DNA of 64,000 nt from Chiloscyllium plagiosum (lineage: Eukaryota), in assembly GCF_004010195.1 (NCBI RefSeq), contig NC_057718.1, positions 57,427,023 to 57,491,022 of the forward strand, given 5' to 3'. Below the pieces are notes generated by a model. It saw only the letters and a program-made list of their open reading frames with translations, ran no database searches and was not told the DNA's origin. Below, piece by piece: positions 1 to 14,040 of the stretch (its first letter is position 1; each line of letters starts with the position of its first letter). Position numbers and translations under genes: made by a program.

Positions 1-1972
1 CTGACTTTGCCTGTGAGAAGTGCACCCAACTCCAACTCCTCACAGACCATGTTAGGGAACTGGGGTTGGAGCTGGATAAACTTTAAATCATTTGGGAGGC
101 TGAGGGAGTGATAGAGGCATTACTGGGAGGTAATCACAGCTAAGTTGCAGGACAAAGGTAGCTGGGCGGCTGTCAGGAAAGGAAATAGGCAGTCAGTGCA
201 GGGACCCACTGAGGCTGTACCCCTCAACAATAAGTGTACAGTTTTGGATACTGTTGGTGGGGGGGAAATGACCTACCAGGGGAAAGCTTCAGTGGCAATG
301 TCTCTTGCACTGAGCCTGGCTCTGTGGCTCAGAAGGGAAGGAGGGAGAATTGAAGAGCAATAGTGATAGGAGGTTCAATGCTGAGAGGAACAGACAGGAG
401 ATTCAGTGATTGCAAATGATGGCATAGCGAGGAAAAGGGATGATGACTTGAAAAGAGAATATGGGGAGTTAGGTTGGAAGCTAAAAGGCAGAGCGAGCAG
501 CATAGTAATCTCAGGATTGCTACCGGTGTCACAGGATAGTGAGGCTAGGAACAGAGAATGAGTACAGAAGAACACGTGGCTGCAGGGCTGGTGTAGGAGG
601 GAGGGCTTCAGATATGTGGATTATTGGGATACCTTCTGGGGAAGTTGGAACCTGTACAAGGAAGATAGGTTGCACCAATTGGGCACCAATATCCTGGGCT
701 GGAGGTTTGCTAGAACTCTTTGGGAACGTTTAAGCTAGTTTGGCAGAGGGTGGGAACCAGAGGATGTAGTAGTTAGTGAACAGCCAGATACAGCATGCAG
801 TAAGTCTGTGAGGAGGGATAGACAGTTGATAGAACAAAGTTGCAGTCAGTATGATGGGTTGAAGTGTGTCTGTTTTAACGCAAGAAGTATCAGGAATAAG
901 GGTGATGAACTCAGAGCATGGATCAGTACTTGGAACAATGATGTTGTGACCATTACATAGACTTGGATATCACAGGGCAGGAAAGGTTGTTGGATGTTCC
1001 AGGGTTTAGATGTTTCAAAGGAATACAGGAGTAGGTAAAAGAGGTTGGGGAGTGGCATTGCTAATCAAGGGTAGTATCACAGCTGCAGAAAGGGAGGTCA
1101 TCGAGGAGGGTTTGTCTACAGAGTCCATATGGGTGGAATCAGAAACCGGAAAGGAGCAGTCATTTTATTGGGAGTTTTCTACAGACCCCCTAGTAGCAAC
1201 AGAAACACAGAGGAGCGGATTGGCAAGCAGACTTTGGAAAGTTGCAGAGGTAACAGGGTTGTGGTCATGGGTGACTTTAACTTCCCTAATATTGATTGGA
1301 ACCGTCTTGTTCAAATAGTTAGGATGGAGCAGTTTTTGTCAGGTGTATTCAGGAAGGATTCCTGACTCAATATGTAGATAGGCTGACTAGAGGGGAGGTC
1401 ATATTGGATTCGGTGATAGTGATCTTAACTCCCTGACCTTTACGATAATCATGGAGAGAAATAGGAGCAGACTGTATGGGAAAGTATTTAATTGAGGGAG
1501 GGGGAATTGCAATGCTATTAGACAGGAACTGGGGCACCTAAATTGGGAACAGATGTTCTCAGGGAAATTCTCAGAGAAGCTATGGCTTTTCTCATTGGAT
1601 TGAAGAAGGATGAGAGCTGATTTGATAGAGGTGAAGAAGATGATGAGAGGCATAGATAGAGTGAATAGTCAGAGACTTTTTTCCCAGGGTAGAAATGGCT
1701 ATCACAAGGGGGCATAATCCAAAGGTGATTGGAGGAAGGTTTAGGGGAGATATCAGAGGTCACGGCTTTACACAGAGAGTGGTGGGTGTATGGAATGCAC
1801 TGCCAGCAGTGGTAGTACAGTCAGATACATAAGGGACATTTAAGCAACTCTTGAATAAGCTCATGGATGATAGTAAAATGAAGGATATGTAGGTCAGTTT
1901 GAGCTTAGAGTAGGATAAAAGGTCAGCACAACATCAAGGCCTGTACTATGCTGTATTGTTCTATATTCTATA
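1..1972 (+). mobile_element. CR1-type LINE, decayed and internally deleted (ORF1 zinc-finger/zipper and SGNH esterase remnants, ORF2 APE endonuclease, 3' end)
   Basis: Translations include DFACEKCTQLQLLTDHVREL (ORF1), CFNARSIRNKGDELRAWI and GVFYRPP...VVVMGDFNFPNIDW (APE). The sequence jumps at ~1580 to the RT C-terminus and ends in a TTCTAT-like tail. Confidence 0.88.
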
Positions 1973-2799
1973 ATTAAGATGTACAGAAAGGTGCAGGCAT
2001 TGTGAACTCTATTTTATTGGAAGAATTATCTGGCTGATGTTTAAAGGTTGAGTTGACTGCTTATATTGTTCACCATATGTGTCCTAATTTGTGACTTGTT
2101 AGTGAAAAAGTGAGTGATCGCTGAGTTTCTAGCTTCTCCCTTAAAGCTCTAGCCACCCCTTCTTGTGGTGAAAGTTGTTAACATCTAACAAACAGCAAAG
2201 GGATAGTTGCTGGGAGAGCAACATAAAGTCCATTGTGCCCTGGCAAGTCAAGTATTTTGTATTTTTGGCATAGAGCAATGGCACCTTGAACTGGCCATCC
2301 ACTACAGCTGGTAAGTTACTTAGACATCTTGGATCCTTCTTGCCTTTGGGAGATTGGGGCTGCAGCATGCCCTATTCCTCCATTATGATCAAATTTCTCA
2401 ATGTAAAGTGAGACATCCAAACAAAATAACATGCTACAGTAGTGACAGGTACAGTCAAACTGGAAGTCGTGATCCTCAACCTGCATGTAGGTAGTCCTTG
2501 GATGATGATTAGTTGCATCTTTTAGCCCTGAACTAGGAGCAGCATCAGGCAGAACTATGTGACAATCCAAATGCCCTATTTAAGGATGTACAATTGTGTG
2601 GTTTTCTCCATAAGGCCAATATAAAGCCTCCTTATAATGTTCCTGTCATTGTGCTGTCCAGCAAGCCATCTGTTCATTTGGTAATTCATCTTCATCATTT
2701 TGTTTTATTTCAGACAAACTTTCAGTGGCTATGCAACTTAGTTGGTGTGGCACAGACATCATTGCCTTTGGTTATCAGAACAAGACTAACAGGAAAAAG

Positions 2800-4115
2800 G
2801 TCAGTTTGAAGAAATAGGAGCAAAATAAATTTTTGTAGCAGCCTATAAAATGTGGAGAGGCAGAAGTTGGTTTCACCAGGTGGTAGATTACAAAGGATCT
2901 GGAATGCCCCCTTAAAAACAACAATGAATACCTTCCCTTGCACTAACAAGGGAAGTACACAAAAATCTTGTGCAAATGGTGATCCAGTAACCATCAGTGA
3001 CAATGTTATGGAAAGGTTCTATGATGCCCTGGATTATCTTCTGCAAACAATCTCAGGTGAACAAAGTTATTCTAATGGGTGATTTTAATGCCAGAGTTAA
3101 ATAAAACCACTTTGTCTGGAGAGGCATCATCAGTCAACATGGAGTTGGAAAGGAAAACACATGGAATTCTCCTACTTTTGTTGTGTGCCAAGTATGATGT
3201 TGCTAAAACCAACACCATATTTCAACACGGAAGGGAAATACAAGACAACCAAAGAATAGCTATGACCTAAGCATTGGCATCTCTTTCACTATGTATTTGT
3301 CAGTCAGAAGGGGAAGACTGATATCAAGGAGGCTCCTGTCATACAAGGAGCTGGCTACTGGACAGACCATTGCTTAATCCACACAAGTCAAATCTAAAGA
3401 TCCGGCCAAGATATGGTAAATCAATTTGCTAGGCATAGCCAAGGCTAAATTTCAAACTCCTGAAGAACCCTACTGTTGCCTTAAATCTCTTGACCTGACT
3501 TGACTAGGTTCTGTGATTTTATCTTCTTGAAGTGACATGGAAGATGAATGGTAATAGCTCCATAATCAGGTCTTCAAGATTTCAATGGGATTCTGCAAAT
3601 TTCAGCACCAAGACTGGTTTGAAGAGAATGATGAAAACATCTCCCATTGTCTCAGTAGAAAAAATATTCAGGACATTAAGAGGCATGATACATGCTTTCA
3701 CAGATAGATGTTACAGTTCATCCATTTTGCATTCCATCAGTCATTCTGCATTTTCCTTTTTTTGTGTTTTCCTTTTTTTATGAGCTCGATGCCTAGTTTT
3801 TCCTGGGGGATGTCAGAAGACTTGTATGTGAGATTTACAACTACTGATCAAGTTATAAATGCATGCATCTAGAAGTAAAACTGTGCCTATGGATGACTCC
3901 ATGATCATGTCTGGAAAGAGTATGGCATTGAACTAAAGATTAAAATCAAATTCTTCACCAGTCCATTGTTTTCATCACCCTGTAGTGTGTTGTAGAACCT
4001 GAGTTTGCTATAGGTGTGAGATCAAAGCACTGGAATGCTTTCCAAAAGCACCAGAATGCTTCCCCAAAAGCACCTGAGTTCTGATATGAGAATTTGTTGG
4101 CAGAACATAATCACA
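2800..4115 (+). mobile_element. RTE-clade LINE, heavily decayed (APE endonuclease and RT C-terminal remnants)
   Basis: Translations include ERFYDALDYLLQ, KVILMGDFNARV (~3063-3098) and KHWHLFHYVFV...GAGYWTDHCLI. The element appears to resume after the CR1 insert at ~5525-5940. Confidence 0.7.
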
Positions 4116-4116
4116 A

Positions 4117-5525
4117 ACAATGACACCTTGCAAAATGTCCAGTTTACAGAGGAGGAAGTCCTGGGTGTCTTGAAACGGTTAAAGGTGGATAAATCCCCAG
4201 GACCTGATCAGGTGTACCCAAGAACTCTGTGGGAAGCTAGAGAAGTGATTGCTGGGCCTCTTGCTGAGATTTTTGTATCATCAATAGTCACAGGTGAGGT
4301 GCCGGAAGACTAGAGGTTGGCAAACNNNNNNNNNNNNNNNNNNNNNNNNNNNNNNNNNNNNNNNNNNNNNNNNNNNNNNNNNNNNNNNNNNNNNNNNNNN
4401 NNNNNNNNNNNNNNNNNNNNNNNNNNNNNNNNNNNNNNNNNNNNNNNNNNNNNNNNNNNNNNNNNNNNNNNNNNNNNNNNNNNNNNNNNNNNNNNNNNNN
4501 NNNNNNNNNNNNNNNNNNNNNNNNNNNNNNNNNNNNNNNNNNNNNNNNNNNNNNNNNNNNNNNNNNNNNNNNNNNNNNNNNNNNNNNNNNNNNNNNNNNN
4601 NNNNNNNNNNNNNNNNNNNNNNNNNNNNNNNNNNNNNNNNNNNNNNNNNNNNNNNNNNNNNNNNNNNNNNNNNNNNNNNNNNNNNNNNNNNNNNNNNNNN
4701 NNNNNNNNNNNNNNNNNNNNNNNNNNNNNNNNNNNNNNNNNNNNNNNNNNNNNNNNNNNNNNNNNNNNNNNNNNNNNNNNNNNNNNNNNNNNNNNNNNNN
4801 NNNNNNNNNNNNNNNNNNNNNNNNNNNNNNNNNNNNNNNNNNNNNNNNNNNNNNNNNNNNNNNNNNNNNNNNNNNNNNNNNNNNNNNNNNNNNNNNNNNN
4901 NNNNNNNNNNNNNNNNNNNNNNNNNNNNNNNNNNNNNNNNNNNNNNNNNNNNNNNNNNNNNNNNNNNNNNNNNNNNNNNNNNNNNNNNNNNNNNNNNNNN
5001 NNNNNNNNNNNNNNNNNNNNNNNNNNNNNNNNNNNNNNNNNNNNNNNNNNNNNNNNNNNNNNNNNNNNNNNNNNNNNNNNNNNNNNNNNNNNNNNNNNNN
5101 NNNNNNNNNNNNNNNNNNNNNNNNNNNNNNNNNNNNNNNNNNNNNNNNNNNNNNNNNNNNNNNNNNNNNNNNNNNNNNNNNNNNNNNNNNNNNNNNNNAG
5201 GCAAACTCTTTTCCCTGGGGTCGGGGAGTCCAGAACGAGAGGGCATAGGTTTAGGGTGAGAGGGAAAAGATATAAAGGAGACCTCGGGGCAACCTTTTCA
5301 CCCAGACGGTGGTACGTGCACGGAATGAGCTGCCAGAGGAAGTGGTGGAAGCTGGTAAAATTGCAACATTTAAGAGGCATTTAGATGGGTATATGAATAG
5401 GAAGGGTTCAGGGATATGGGCTGGGTGCTGGCAGGTGGGACTAGATTGGGATGGGATATCTGGTCAGCATGGACGGGTTGGACCGAAGGGTCTGTTTCCA
5501 TGCTGTACATCTCTATGACTCTATG
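4117..5525 (+). mobile_element. 5'-truncated CR1 LINE spanning an assembly gap
   Basis: EEVLGVLKRLKVDKSPGPDQVYPRTLWE lies before the gap. RTRGHRFRVRG...TFKRHLD and a CTCTATGACTCTAT tail follow it. Confidence 0.9.
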
Positions 5526-5953
5526 TGCTTTATCATTGTGCTGGGCTTAACAGTATGGAGACCATCTTGCACAAAATTCAATCTCGGCCATGCCACCCAT
5601 AAGATGACTAAGGAGTCCATAAATACATCTTTTATGATGTCCTATCTCAAGGTGGTCAGTACAAATGAAACATGATTACCTTTTAAAAAAAGCCTTTAAA
5701 CGTCTGCACAAAAGACTACCTCTCTTGGGTAAACATTCCAGCCAACCAACCCAACTGGAAGAAAACCATTAAATCTGGTTCAGCTCACAATATCTAACAT
5801 TCACAGAGGTATGCCTGAGGTGGGTAAGTACAGACATTTACATAATCCCCAAAATGACAATGTAAATTGTAAATTCTGTGGGCATCCGTTTCGCCTCTGC
5901 ATAGAATTCTTCAGCCAAGGGAGGACTCACAGGTGATAGTGTCACCATGTCAT

Positions 5954-6287
5954 GGGGTGGCATGGTGGCTCAGCAGTTAGCACTGCTGCCTTTCTGCACC
6001 AGGGACCCGGGTTCGATACCAGCCTCAGGAGATTGTCTGTGTGGAGTTTGCACATTCTCCCCGTGTCTCCGTGAGTTTCCTCCGGATGCTCCAGGTTTCC
6101 TCCCACAGGCCAAAGATGTGCAGGTCAGGTGAATTGGCCATGCTAAATTGCCCATAGTAATAGGTGCATTAATAGGGAGTAGGGGAATAGGTCTGGATGG
6201 GTTACTCTTCGGAGGGTTGGTGTGGACTTGTTGGGCCGAAGGGCCTGTTTCCGCACTGTAGGGAATCTAATCTAATCTAATCTAATC
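5954..6287 (+). mobile_element. HE1-like tRNA-derived SINE
   Basis: A-box TGGCTCAG and B-box GGTTCGATACC, the conserved core GTGTGGAGTTTGCACATTCTCCCCGTG, and a (TCTAA)n tail. Confidence 0.9.
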
Positions 6288-6289
6288 AT

Positions 6290-6820
6290 TTACAGATTGA
6301 AGGTGTCAGGACAGGTTGAGGGAGTGATTAATAATATTACTACATCCTAGGGTTTAATATTAGCAGCATAGAATACAAATGTAAGGATGATACATGAAAT
6401 GTGTGTAGAACACTGTTTCAACCTTAATTTTAATACAGAATTAAGAGGACGTTTCACAAAGGTGTCCATGAGAGACCAAGAAAAAAACTGTTCTGATTAG
6501 TGCAATGCCGAGAATGAAAGGGCATACATTGATGGTAATTGACAAATTAAGCAATGGTGATGGGAGGAATAACCTTCTTAAGCAGCAATATGAGGTGGGC
6601 TGTCTAAAAGTGTAGTGGAGGCCTGGTTCACTCAAGGCATTCAAGAGGGAATTGGCTAATTACATAAAAAGAAGAAAACATTGGGGTACGTTTGTTGAAG
6701 TAGGGTGGGGTGAAGGCTGGTGGGGAGGTGACACCAGGTAAATTGCTCCTTTGAAGAGCCAGCACTGACAGAATGGACTGAAAACTCTTGTGCTGTAAGT
6801 ATTCTGTGATCCTGTGATGC
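6290..6820 (+). mobile_element. Old CR1-like LINE 3' fragment
   Basis: Degenerate similarity to the CR1 RT C-terminus and 3' UTR of other copies in the window, with a CTGTGAT-like tail. Confidence 0.5.
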
Positions 6821-9119
6821 AGCTTCAGCTTTCTCCCTGAGATAGTTGTGTGTGATGGCTAGGTTTTCATAGAGATAGATACAATGCTGAATTTATGACT
6901 TGTGTTCAAAGGAGCTTATTTTCTCCACCAAAAAAAGCTTTTGCAAAACCCCATTGAAAGCCTACCTCTGTATATCATTTTTAAATTCTGTAACTTTGCC
7001 AATTCACAACAGTGACTTTAGTAGTGTCACCACAATAATGTAGTGTTTACACAGTGGTGACAGCAAGGATTTCTTTGGATCAAGACAATCTATAGTGTGT
7101 GTCAAGTTCACTGGCTTCTCACATACAATTGCTATTTTCTTTGTATGCGTTCTCCCCTTTTTTGTATGATTGGTTGGTGCATTTTTTCTCTTAGGTTTGA
7201 ATTTCGCAGTAATAATGACGATACTTTCAAGATATGTTATGTGAGATATGAATGACTTGGAAATACCAGTGCGAATCAAGCTGGCTGTGTCCTGAATCAC
7301 ATATCTGCCAAATGGGCCTTGAGGCAGATAGTGAGGGAGGCAATAAAAGGGAAAACCTTTTTGACATTGCCTTTGCCAATCTGACAGGTCTGTCTGTGAC
7401 AGTATAGATAAGAATGATCACTGCACAATCCTTGTTGGGACAATTCCCATTTCCACACTGACAATACCATCCATTGTGCTGCCTGGCCTTACAATGGTAC
7501 TAAATGGGATAGATTCAAAACACCTCAAAACTGGGTATCCATGAGGCATTGTAAGCCATCAATAGCCATGAAACACATTCTTCAGCCTCATAGTCTGGCA
7601 TTTTCCTCATTGTACCATCGCTATGAAGTCAGATGTTCAACTCTTATTTAATGAGAAGTGTAGGAGCCAGTTCAGAGAGGAATATCTAAAAATTGTGCCA
7701 ATCCGGTGAACTACAACACAGGACAACTTACAGGTCAAACAGTGAAAGTTTCAGCCAACCTAATTCACTCCATACATTAGCAATAAATGGTTGACAGCAG
7801 CATATACAACAAAGGTGGAATTTTATAGAGTTTTGAGCAATGTGGCCAATGCAAGTTGCGTGGCAGAATTGGGAAACATCCTGACAATGAAATCCTCTCA
7901 CTATATCTTTTATGTTTTTCACAATTAGTGGACAAAGATCTCGCAAGGCAGCAACAAAATACCAATCCACAGTCTTTATTTTCTTGACAAACGTCTTGTT
8001 AATGTCTCATTAATATTCAGCCTCTCATTTTACAAAACTCATCAAACAAGTTAGATACCGGGAAATTTCAGTAAGGAAACCAGAGTGAGCACCTGGCAGA
8101 TGCAACTCATTGCTTGCTTCCAGTGACTTCCATGTTGGAAACCAGTCACCAACATCTTAGTGCACACTCCATGAGTACCAGACATACAAACTGGACAATC
8201 ATGGATATGGACATACGATATGTGCCAGCTGTAAGAACATCATGGCACATCTCTGATTCACTTACAGCATACTTCTGCACTTCAATGATGCACTGGCAAC
8301 TAGCATTGTAATGCTGCAGCAAGGATATTATGCACTCACGTACACGTACAGGTGCATCTCTGGGCTCTTCATTCACTGTCATAGCATTTACTCACTCTAA
8401 CCCTTCCTGGATGTTCACAGCATCCCTGCCTTGCATTGCCTTTCCTTGTTTTTTTTGTGCTTTACTCTGTCAACCAGAGGTACACAATACTACAGATTCG
8501 TCTCGCTATTTAGCCCAGACATAATGCCACGAAGTTTGTCACAGTTGTTAGAATCCTCAGTCCAGTAAAGGGTGGTAGCCTTTGCTCTGAGGTTCCCAGC
8601 ATTTAGAATCAAGGGCAGCCTCTGATTCCAATCCAGGCTCTGCTTGAGGCAGTCAGAGTTAGAAAGCCATCCTCATAAGGAGTGAGGAGTGGAATGACAG
8701 ATAGTACATCATCGGTCCTGACTCTCTCTGCCCTATTGTGGGCTGTCTCCTTCCTGGAATGAGTGAGAGGGGTAGATATTGGTGTGTGTGAAAGTGGATT
8801 GTATGGATTAACTTTGGTGCTGGTGGCATATGTCCCAAGCAAATGAGTGGGGACTATAGAAGGCATAGACTGTTGTGCTGGAAAAGAAAAGCTGGTCAGG
8901 GCAGCATCCGAGGAGTAGGAGAATCGAAGGGTTTCTCCTATAGAAGGCATGCAAGATTAGTGGTGCAGGATTTGGGATGGTTGCGAGCAAGCGGGGAAAA
9001 TGTTGCAGATGGTAAAGCATGAAGCCTGGTGGAAGGTGAAGCCTGGTGGAAGGTGGTTTCAATAGCAGAGTCGGAATGAGTGTGAGACATGGGAGAGAAG
9101 ATGGTGGCAGTTATGCTGG

Positions 9120-9370
9120 CAGATTGGAGAAGGACATTGACCTTCTCCCGACAATGTTGAGCTGAGATTTCTGGTGACACTTAGCTCCAGACTTCATTAT
9201 AACTTTGTTAGCCAAATATGAGCAAAGGACTGAATTCAAAATGTGAGGTGAGTGAGAGTGGCTGCTCTCAGCAGTTTATGATGCCTGTAACGGCAAAGGA
9301 AGCCTCATGAAATTGAACTCAATGAGCGTTGATGACAGCTCTCCACAGCTGGCGTTCAAAACTAGTACAA
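9120..9370 (-). mobile_element. Harbinger-type Myb/SANT-like ORF remnant
   Basis: Minus-strand SAQHCREKVNVLLQSA resembles the QCRKKxNDL motif also seen at ~52410. Confidence 0.4.
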
Positions 9371-9937
9371 AAATGATAGTTGTGATCAGAGGTCAAAATT
9401 TTTTTTGTTTTTGTGTGCACCTCTTGAGAAGCTACCTTGATTTTGAGACCCTGCTTTTTGGTCGTTGAGGGCTATCTTTTCTTTCTCACTAACTCATTTA
9501 TTAGGTGATGCTGTCAAATCGTAGTGATGTCTTCAGTATTTGTGTTGACATATGGGATACTTGGCCTTAAACAGAAACAAAATTAGAATAATTCATTAAT
9601 ATTCTCAATAATCAAAACTAAAGCCACAACACACAAGGAAAATGTTAGTTTCCAAGACAACAGTGTAATTAGACTGCACAAAATAAGTGAAAAAAAATTA
9701 CTTTTCTAAGTAGCTGATGCATACTCTTATACATGAAAAGGCAACATCGTCAACATATCTTCCACAGAATAGCAAGGTCATAGTTGTGCGTTTTCATTGC
9801 ACACTCCATTTGCATAAAGCTTGAACATTTTAACCAGGCATTTACAAAGGTATTTAATGAATCTTAGAACTAAGTGTCAGATTTAAATTTCTCAACAATC
9901 CACACTAATAAGCTGCAATCTTTATAAAGGCCATCAG

Positions 9938-10961
9938 ACCCGTCCGCGCTCACCCCTGCCCGGACGGAATTTCACATTGTCCCCAAGGTCCCGTACTTCC
10001 CGTGGGAGCCTGTGCCCCACAACCTGAGCCGCCTCCGGAATTTTAGTTTTGTCCCTTTTAAGGATGTAAAAAGGCGGGCCCTGTATCGACTGCTGCTGCA
10101 CACCGTCCACCTCTTCTCCCTCGTCCACCGACCGGATACGCCTTGGCGTGCCAATTTGCCACTGGGCGGTGGAGATCCCCAGTGGAGGGGTCTCTACGTG
10201 GGAGTCCTCCCCCTTTCTCTCAGGGATCTGGGGTGGAGGGTGCTGCACGCAGCAGTCCCCTGCAACCGCAGATTGCAGTGGTTCATGGCCTCCCAGCCCA
10301 ACTGCTTGTTCTGTGGTGCTTTGGATTCTGTGGACCATGTATATATTGGGTGTGGGCATTTGCACTCGCTTTTTGATTTTCTCAGAAACCTCCTCCTCTG
10401 CTTTTGGCTGCACTTCAGTCCCACGCTCCTGATCTTCGGGCACCCGGTATGGAGGAGGGGGGCAGGTCTGAAGACCTCCTCGTGGGTCTGCTCCTGGGCC
10501 TGGCCAAACTGGCTGTGGAGGAGGTTGTTAGGGCTGACTGCCTGCCCCTCTTCTGAGGTTACGTTAGAGCCCGGGTGTCTCTGGAAAAGGAGCACGCGGT
10601 CTCCACCGACACCCTGGAATTGTTCAGGGAGAGATGGGTGTCGCAGGGAATGGAGTGCATTATTTCCCCTCTAACTCTATTTTGATTTAATCCCTGCCCT
10701 CCCCTCCCCTTCACTGTTTCATCACACAGCATTGCCCTTTGATGTGAAGGACACAGCTTGTCACAGGCCACTCGGGTGTTTCCTTTCTTCCTGGTGGTGG
10801 AAATTTGAATAAAGATTCGTGCACCTTGTGTATTTCACTGTGTCTCATGCCTGCACACACACAACATGGGTGCTGGGGAAAAAATAAGCACTACTGCAGT
10901 TAGGCGGTAGTGTGGGAGTAAAAAGAAAAAAAAGAAAAAATAGAAATTTTTTTTTTTAAAA
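9938..10961 (+). mobile_element. Tx1-clade LINE 3' portion (zf-RVT region, 3' UTR, poly-A)
   Basis: ORF 10012-10674 contains DLGWRVLHAAV...CLFCGALDSVDHVYIGC. There is an A-rich tail and a 14-bp TSD with one mismatch (ATAAAGGCCAYCAG at 9924-9937 and 10962-10975). Confidence 0.88.
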
Positions 10962-11789
10962 ATAAAGGCCACCAGGATGCCTATTCCACACTATATCAAT
11001 AGATATCTTCACTCCATCATCATCTGTCATCAACATGTACAAATGCTCCTGCAGAGAGACACGACTGCTATTGGTTTAACTGGAGGGTCACCACACCTCA
11101 GCGGAAAGGGGGAGGGGCTCACTGGGCTAGCGTGCTGGAAATCAAGCTCCATTATTCCCAGAGACATCACAAGTTTGAAAAGATTCACTCAAACTATTAA
11201 ATGTTCCTGATTTAACTATCTGAAGTACCTATATCAGGAGAAAACACTCAGTGGGTTTTTACACTTAACAAGAAAACCTGTTTATTGCAAACAGATTATA
11301 TTAACTGATGACATGAAATGCTAACCTAACATTCCATAACTAAAGATTTATCCCTTTTAAAGTGTCCATGTACACATAAAGAAACAAAACAAGACACAAA
11401 TTTTCAGGGTGATGAGGGGGAGCAGTGAAAAATCAGTGATGCACAGTTCTGATACAAGTCCAGGTTACAGATGTTGATGAGATATTTTCCTCAGTTCCCT
11501 TTCAATTCCTTTCAACTCTTGACACACCAATTTTCAACATTTCATTTATTACGTGAGGTGAGTCACCCTTTTGTTGTCTCTGAATATTTCTTTTCTCTTT
11601 TTCATTTCAAGAAGGACTTTTTCAGAGAGAGAGTGAGAAAGTAACTCGCTCCTCAGGATTTTCATTTACTTCACTAACAGAAGAGGGAGAGAAAGAAAAA
11701 TGTTTTCTCCTTCACAGGTTCGATGTTTCAGCTGTATTGTCGAATGCAAACCTGTAACCACTCGCCTAGGAACCATTCAAGAAGTGTAT

Positions 11790-12558
11790 GCACCAGGACT
11801 GCAAAAAGAAGAAGAGGAACACCTATACAAGGTATTCGCCAAAAACGGATACCCGCGCAACTTCATCAGTAGATGCCTAAGAGAAAGACCACGGAACGAG
11901 GACATACCACAACCAAAAGGACTAGCCACACTACCATACATCAGGAGCATCTCGGAACTGACTGCCAGACTACTACGACCCCTAGGACTCATAACGGCAC
12001 ACAAACCAACAGCCACGCTCAGACAACAACTCACCAGAACGAAGGACCCGATACCCAACATGAGCAAAACTAATACCATGCAAGGACTGCACAAAACACT
12101 ATATAGGACAAACAGGAAGACAGCTAACAATCCACATACATGAACATCAACTAGCCACGAAACGACACGACCAACTATCCTTAGTAGCCACACACGCAGA
12201 CAACAAGCAACATGAATTCGACTGGGACAACACTACTATCATAGGGCAAGTCAGACAGAGAACAGCCAGGGAATTCCTAGAGTCATGGCATTCATCCACA
12301 AACTCCATCAACAAACACATCGACCTGGACCCAATATACCAACCACTACAGCGGACAGCTGAAACTGACAACCGGAAGCGGCAGGGACAGACCACTATAA
12401 ACACCGGAGGAAACATCAAAGAAGCGCTTCGCAGGAGGCTCCCAAGTACTGATGATGTCGCCTAGCCAGGGGACGAAACGTTTGCAACAAAAACTTCCAG
12501 CTCGGTGAACAGAACCACAGCAACGAGCACCCGAGCTACAAATCTTCTCACAAACTTT
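11790..12558 (+). mobile_element. Penelope-like element (RT C-terminus, GIY-YIG endonuclease, terminal repeat with hammerhead motif)
   Basis: Translations include LYKVFAKNGYPRNFI...TLPYI...KDPIP and HYIGQTGRQLTIHIHEH. A 9-bp TSD GAAGTGTAT lies at 11781-11789 and 12559-12567. Confidence 0.92.
12446..12485 (+). ncRNA. Minimal type I hammerhead ribozyme motif in a Penelope terminal repeat
   Basis: CTGATGA (12449-12455), stem II GTC.CCT/AGG.GAC, then GAAA-CG-TT; a short stem I GTA/TGC. Confidence 0.65.
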
Positions 12559-12854
12559 GAAGTGTATTCTTGAATATACATAACTGGTCTTGGTTGAGAA
12601 ATCAATAAAATTTTTGTCGCTCGGCAAAACTGCCCTGAATACACACCCACACTGCCGAGGTATCTTAGCATCTTCTCTCACTGATTGAATAAGACAACAA
12701 CGTAGATACAATGCACAATGAGTTCCAATAGTTCATTTTTTAATGAAAGGCCACATACATCATCTTCCACCATATTATCTTATTCGTTCAAACCAATGAT
12801 CTTTTCCTATTTTCTAAATCCACAATCCAAAAAATAAAAGAGGTCTTCGCAATA

Positions 12855-13470
12855 ATTTTACATTTGAAAATCACCACTGGCTTTAATTTTGTTGTGTTGG
12901 CCGTGTAGGCCAATGCCATCATGAGTCTTGTCTTCTAATGTCCTATAGTTTTTCAAGAGAGCTGTCTTCTAACATCTCCACTCCATTCCACAGGTTAGTT
13001 GTTTGTTTCATTTATATTTATGTTTTTACTGAAGTAAATCACTGCGAAATGATTAATTTTGGCTTTGAGGTCTTCAAGTCTCTAAGTACTGTCATCTTGG
13101 GTTTCTATCTCTTCAGTAGGCATTATTGTTCTGTAAAGCAGCCATACCAAGTGGCAATTGGTGTCAATTCTTTATTGGACACAAGGTGTGACTTGGCCCA
13201 TTTAAGTGGATACAAATACATTACAGTTCTGGAGATGTAACCATTTTGATGACTTTCAAGGACCCATTCTGATACATGCTTTCCAAGATAAGGTTAGTGG
13301 ATAGTCCTTATTTTCCAGGCACGCTTGGTGTTGGGCATCTTCTTTAGGGTGGATTCCTTCTTCACTCATATCAGGTTTTTTTTACTACAGCAGTTATTTG
13401 AAAAGTTAGCAAATGTTAAGATGTTTAGCTTGAAACCAACTTCACGCTTCATTAGCTTTGTTGAAAATCT
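12855..13470 (-). mobile_element. pogo/Tigger-family transposase pseudogene (BrkDBD/CENP-B HTH and DDE_1 N-terminal part)
   Basis: Minus-strand LKKMPNTKRAW...HVSEWVLESHQNGYI and KTIGH*KTRLMMALAYTANTTKLKPVVIFK match the pogo consensus KTTGHEKxRxTVVLACxADGTKLKPxVIFK. Confidence 0.8.
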
Positions 13471-13761
13471 AATTTCTCTGCATTGTTCACCACATGGGTC
13501 TGCTGTGTGGGGAGCGGTCTTAAACTCCTGTACAACTTTGCAACACAATTCATATTGCCTGCTTGATCACTTGTGCCCAGTTATAAGGTGAGTAAAATAT
13601 ATATTTGTAGGATGATAAATTGAGTATGTTTTGACTGAAAATAAGGTGCTGGTGGTTGACTTGTTTATTGAGTAAAGGTCAACTTTTGGGGCTGAATAAA
13701 TAGACAGTCATAGTACACTCCAGATTGATCTATGTATTGTGATCTGTGCAGTTTTAACCGA

Positions 13762-14040
13762 CATAGAAACATATAAAATAGGAACAGGAATAGGCCATAC
13801 AGCCCTCTGAGCCTGCTGCGCCATTCAATAGGATCAAGGCTGATCATTCAAACAGTGCCTGTTCCTGCTGTCTCCCATAATCCCTTTAGCCTGGAGAACA
13901 ATATCCAAATTTTCCTTAAAAATGTTCAATGTTGAGAGAAATCCACAGGCTCATCACTCTCTCGGTGAAAATGATTATCCTCATTTTATGTGGAAATGAC
14001 ATGTCTTGAATCTTTAGATTGTGGACTCTGGTTGTGGAAT
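13762..14040 (-). mobile_element. CR1 3' end fragment
   Basis: CATAGAAACAT...AGGAACAGGAATAGGCCAT is the reverse complement of a CR1 3' UTR like that at ~23930-23975. Confidence 0.7.

Noticed and set aside
4281..5384. Long 321-356 aa ORFs in the ORF track
   Set aside because: They are artefacts of translating through the N-gap; the same applies to the ORFs over 36895-37782.
5954..6030. tRNA-like A and B boxes, also present in the other SINE heads
   Set aside because: These are SINE heads continuing into the SINE body, not tRNA genes.
9021..9054. 17-bp tandem duplication GAAGCCTGGTGGAAGGT x2
   Set aside because: It is ordinary local slippage with no further structure.
11200..11780. Possible minus-strand LTR interrupted by the Penelope insertion
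   Set aside because: Only composition and an AATAAA suggest it; I could not define ends or a TSD.
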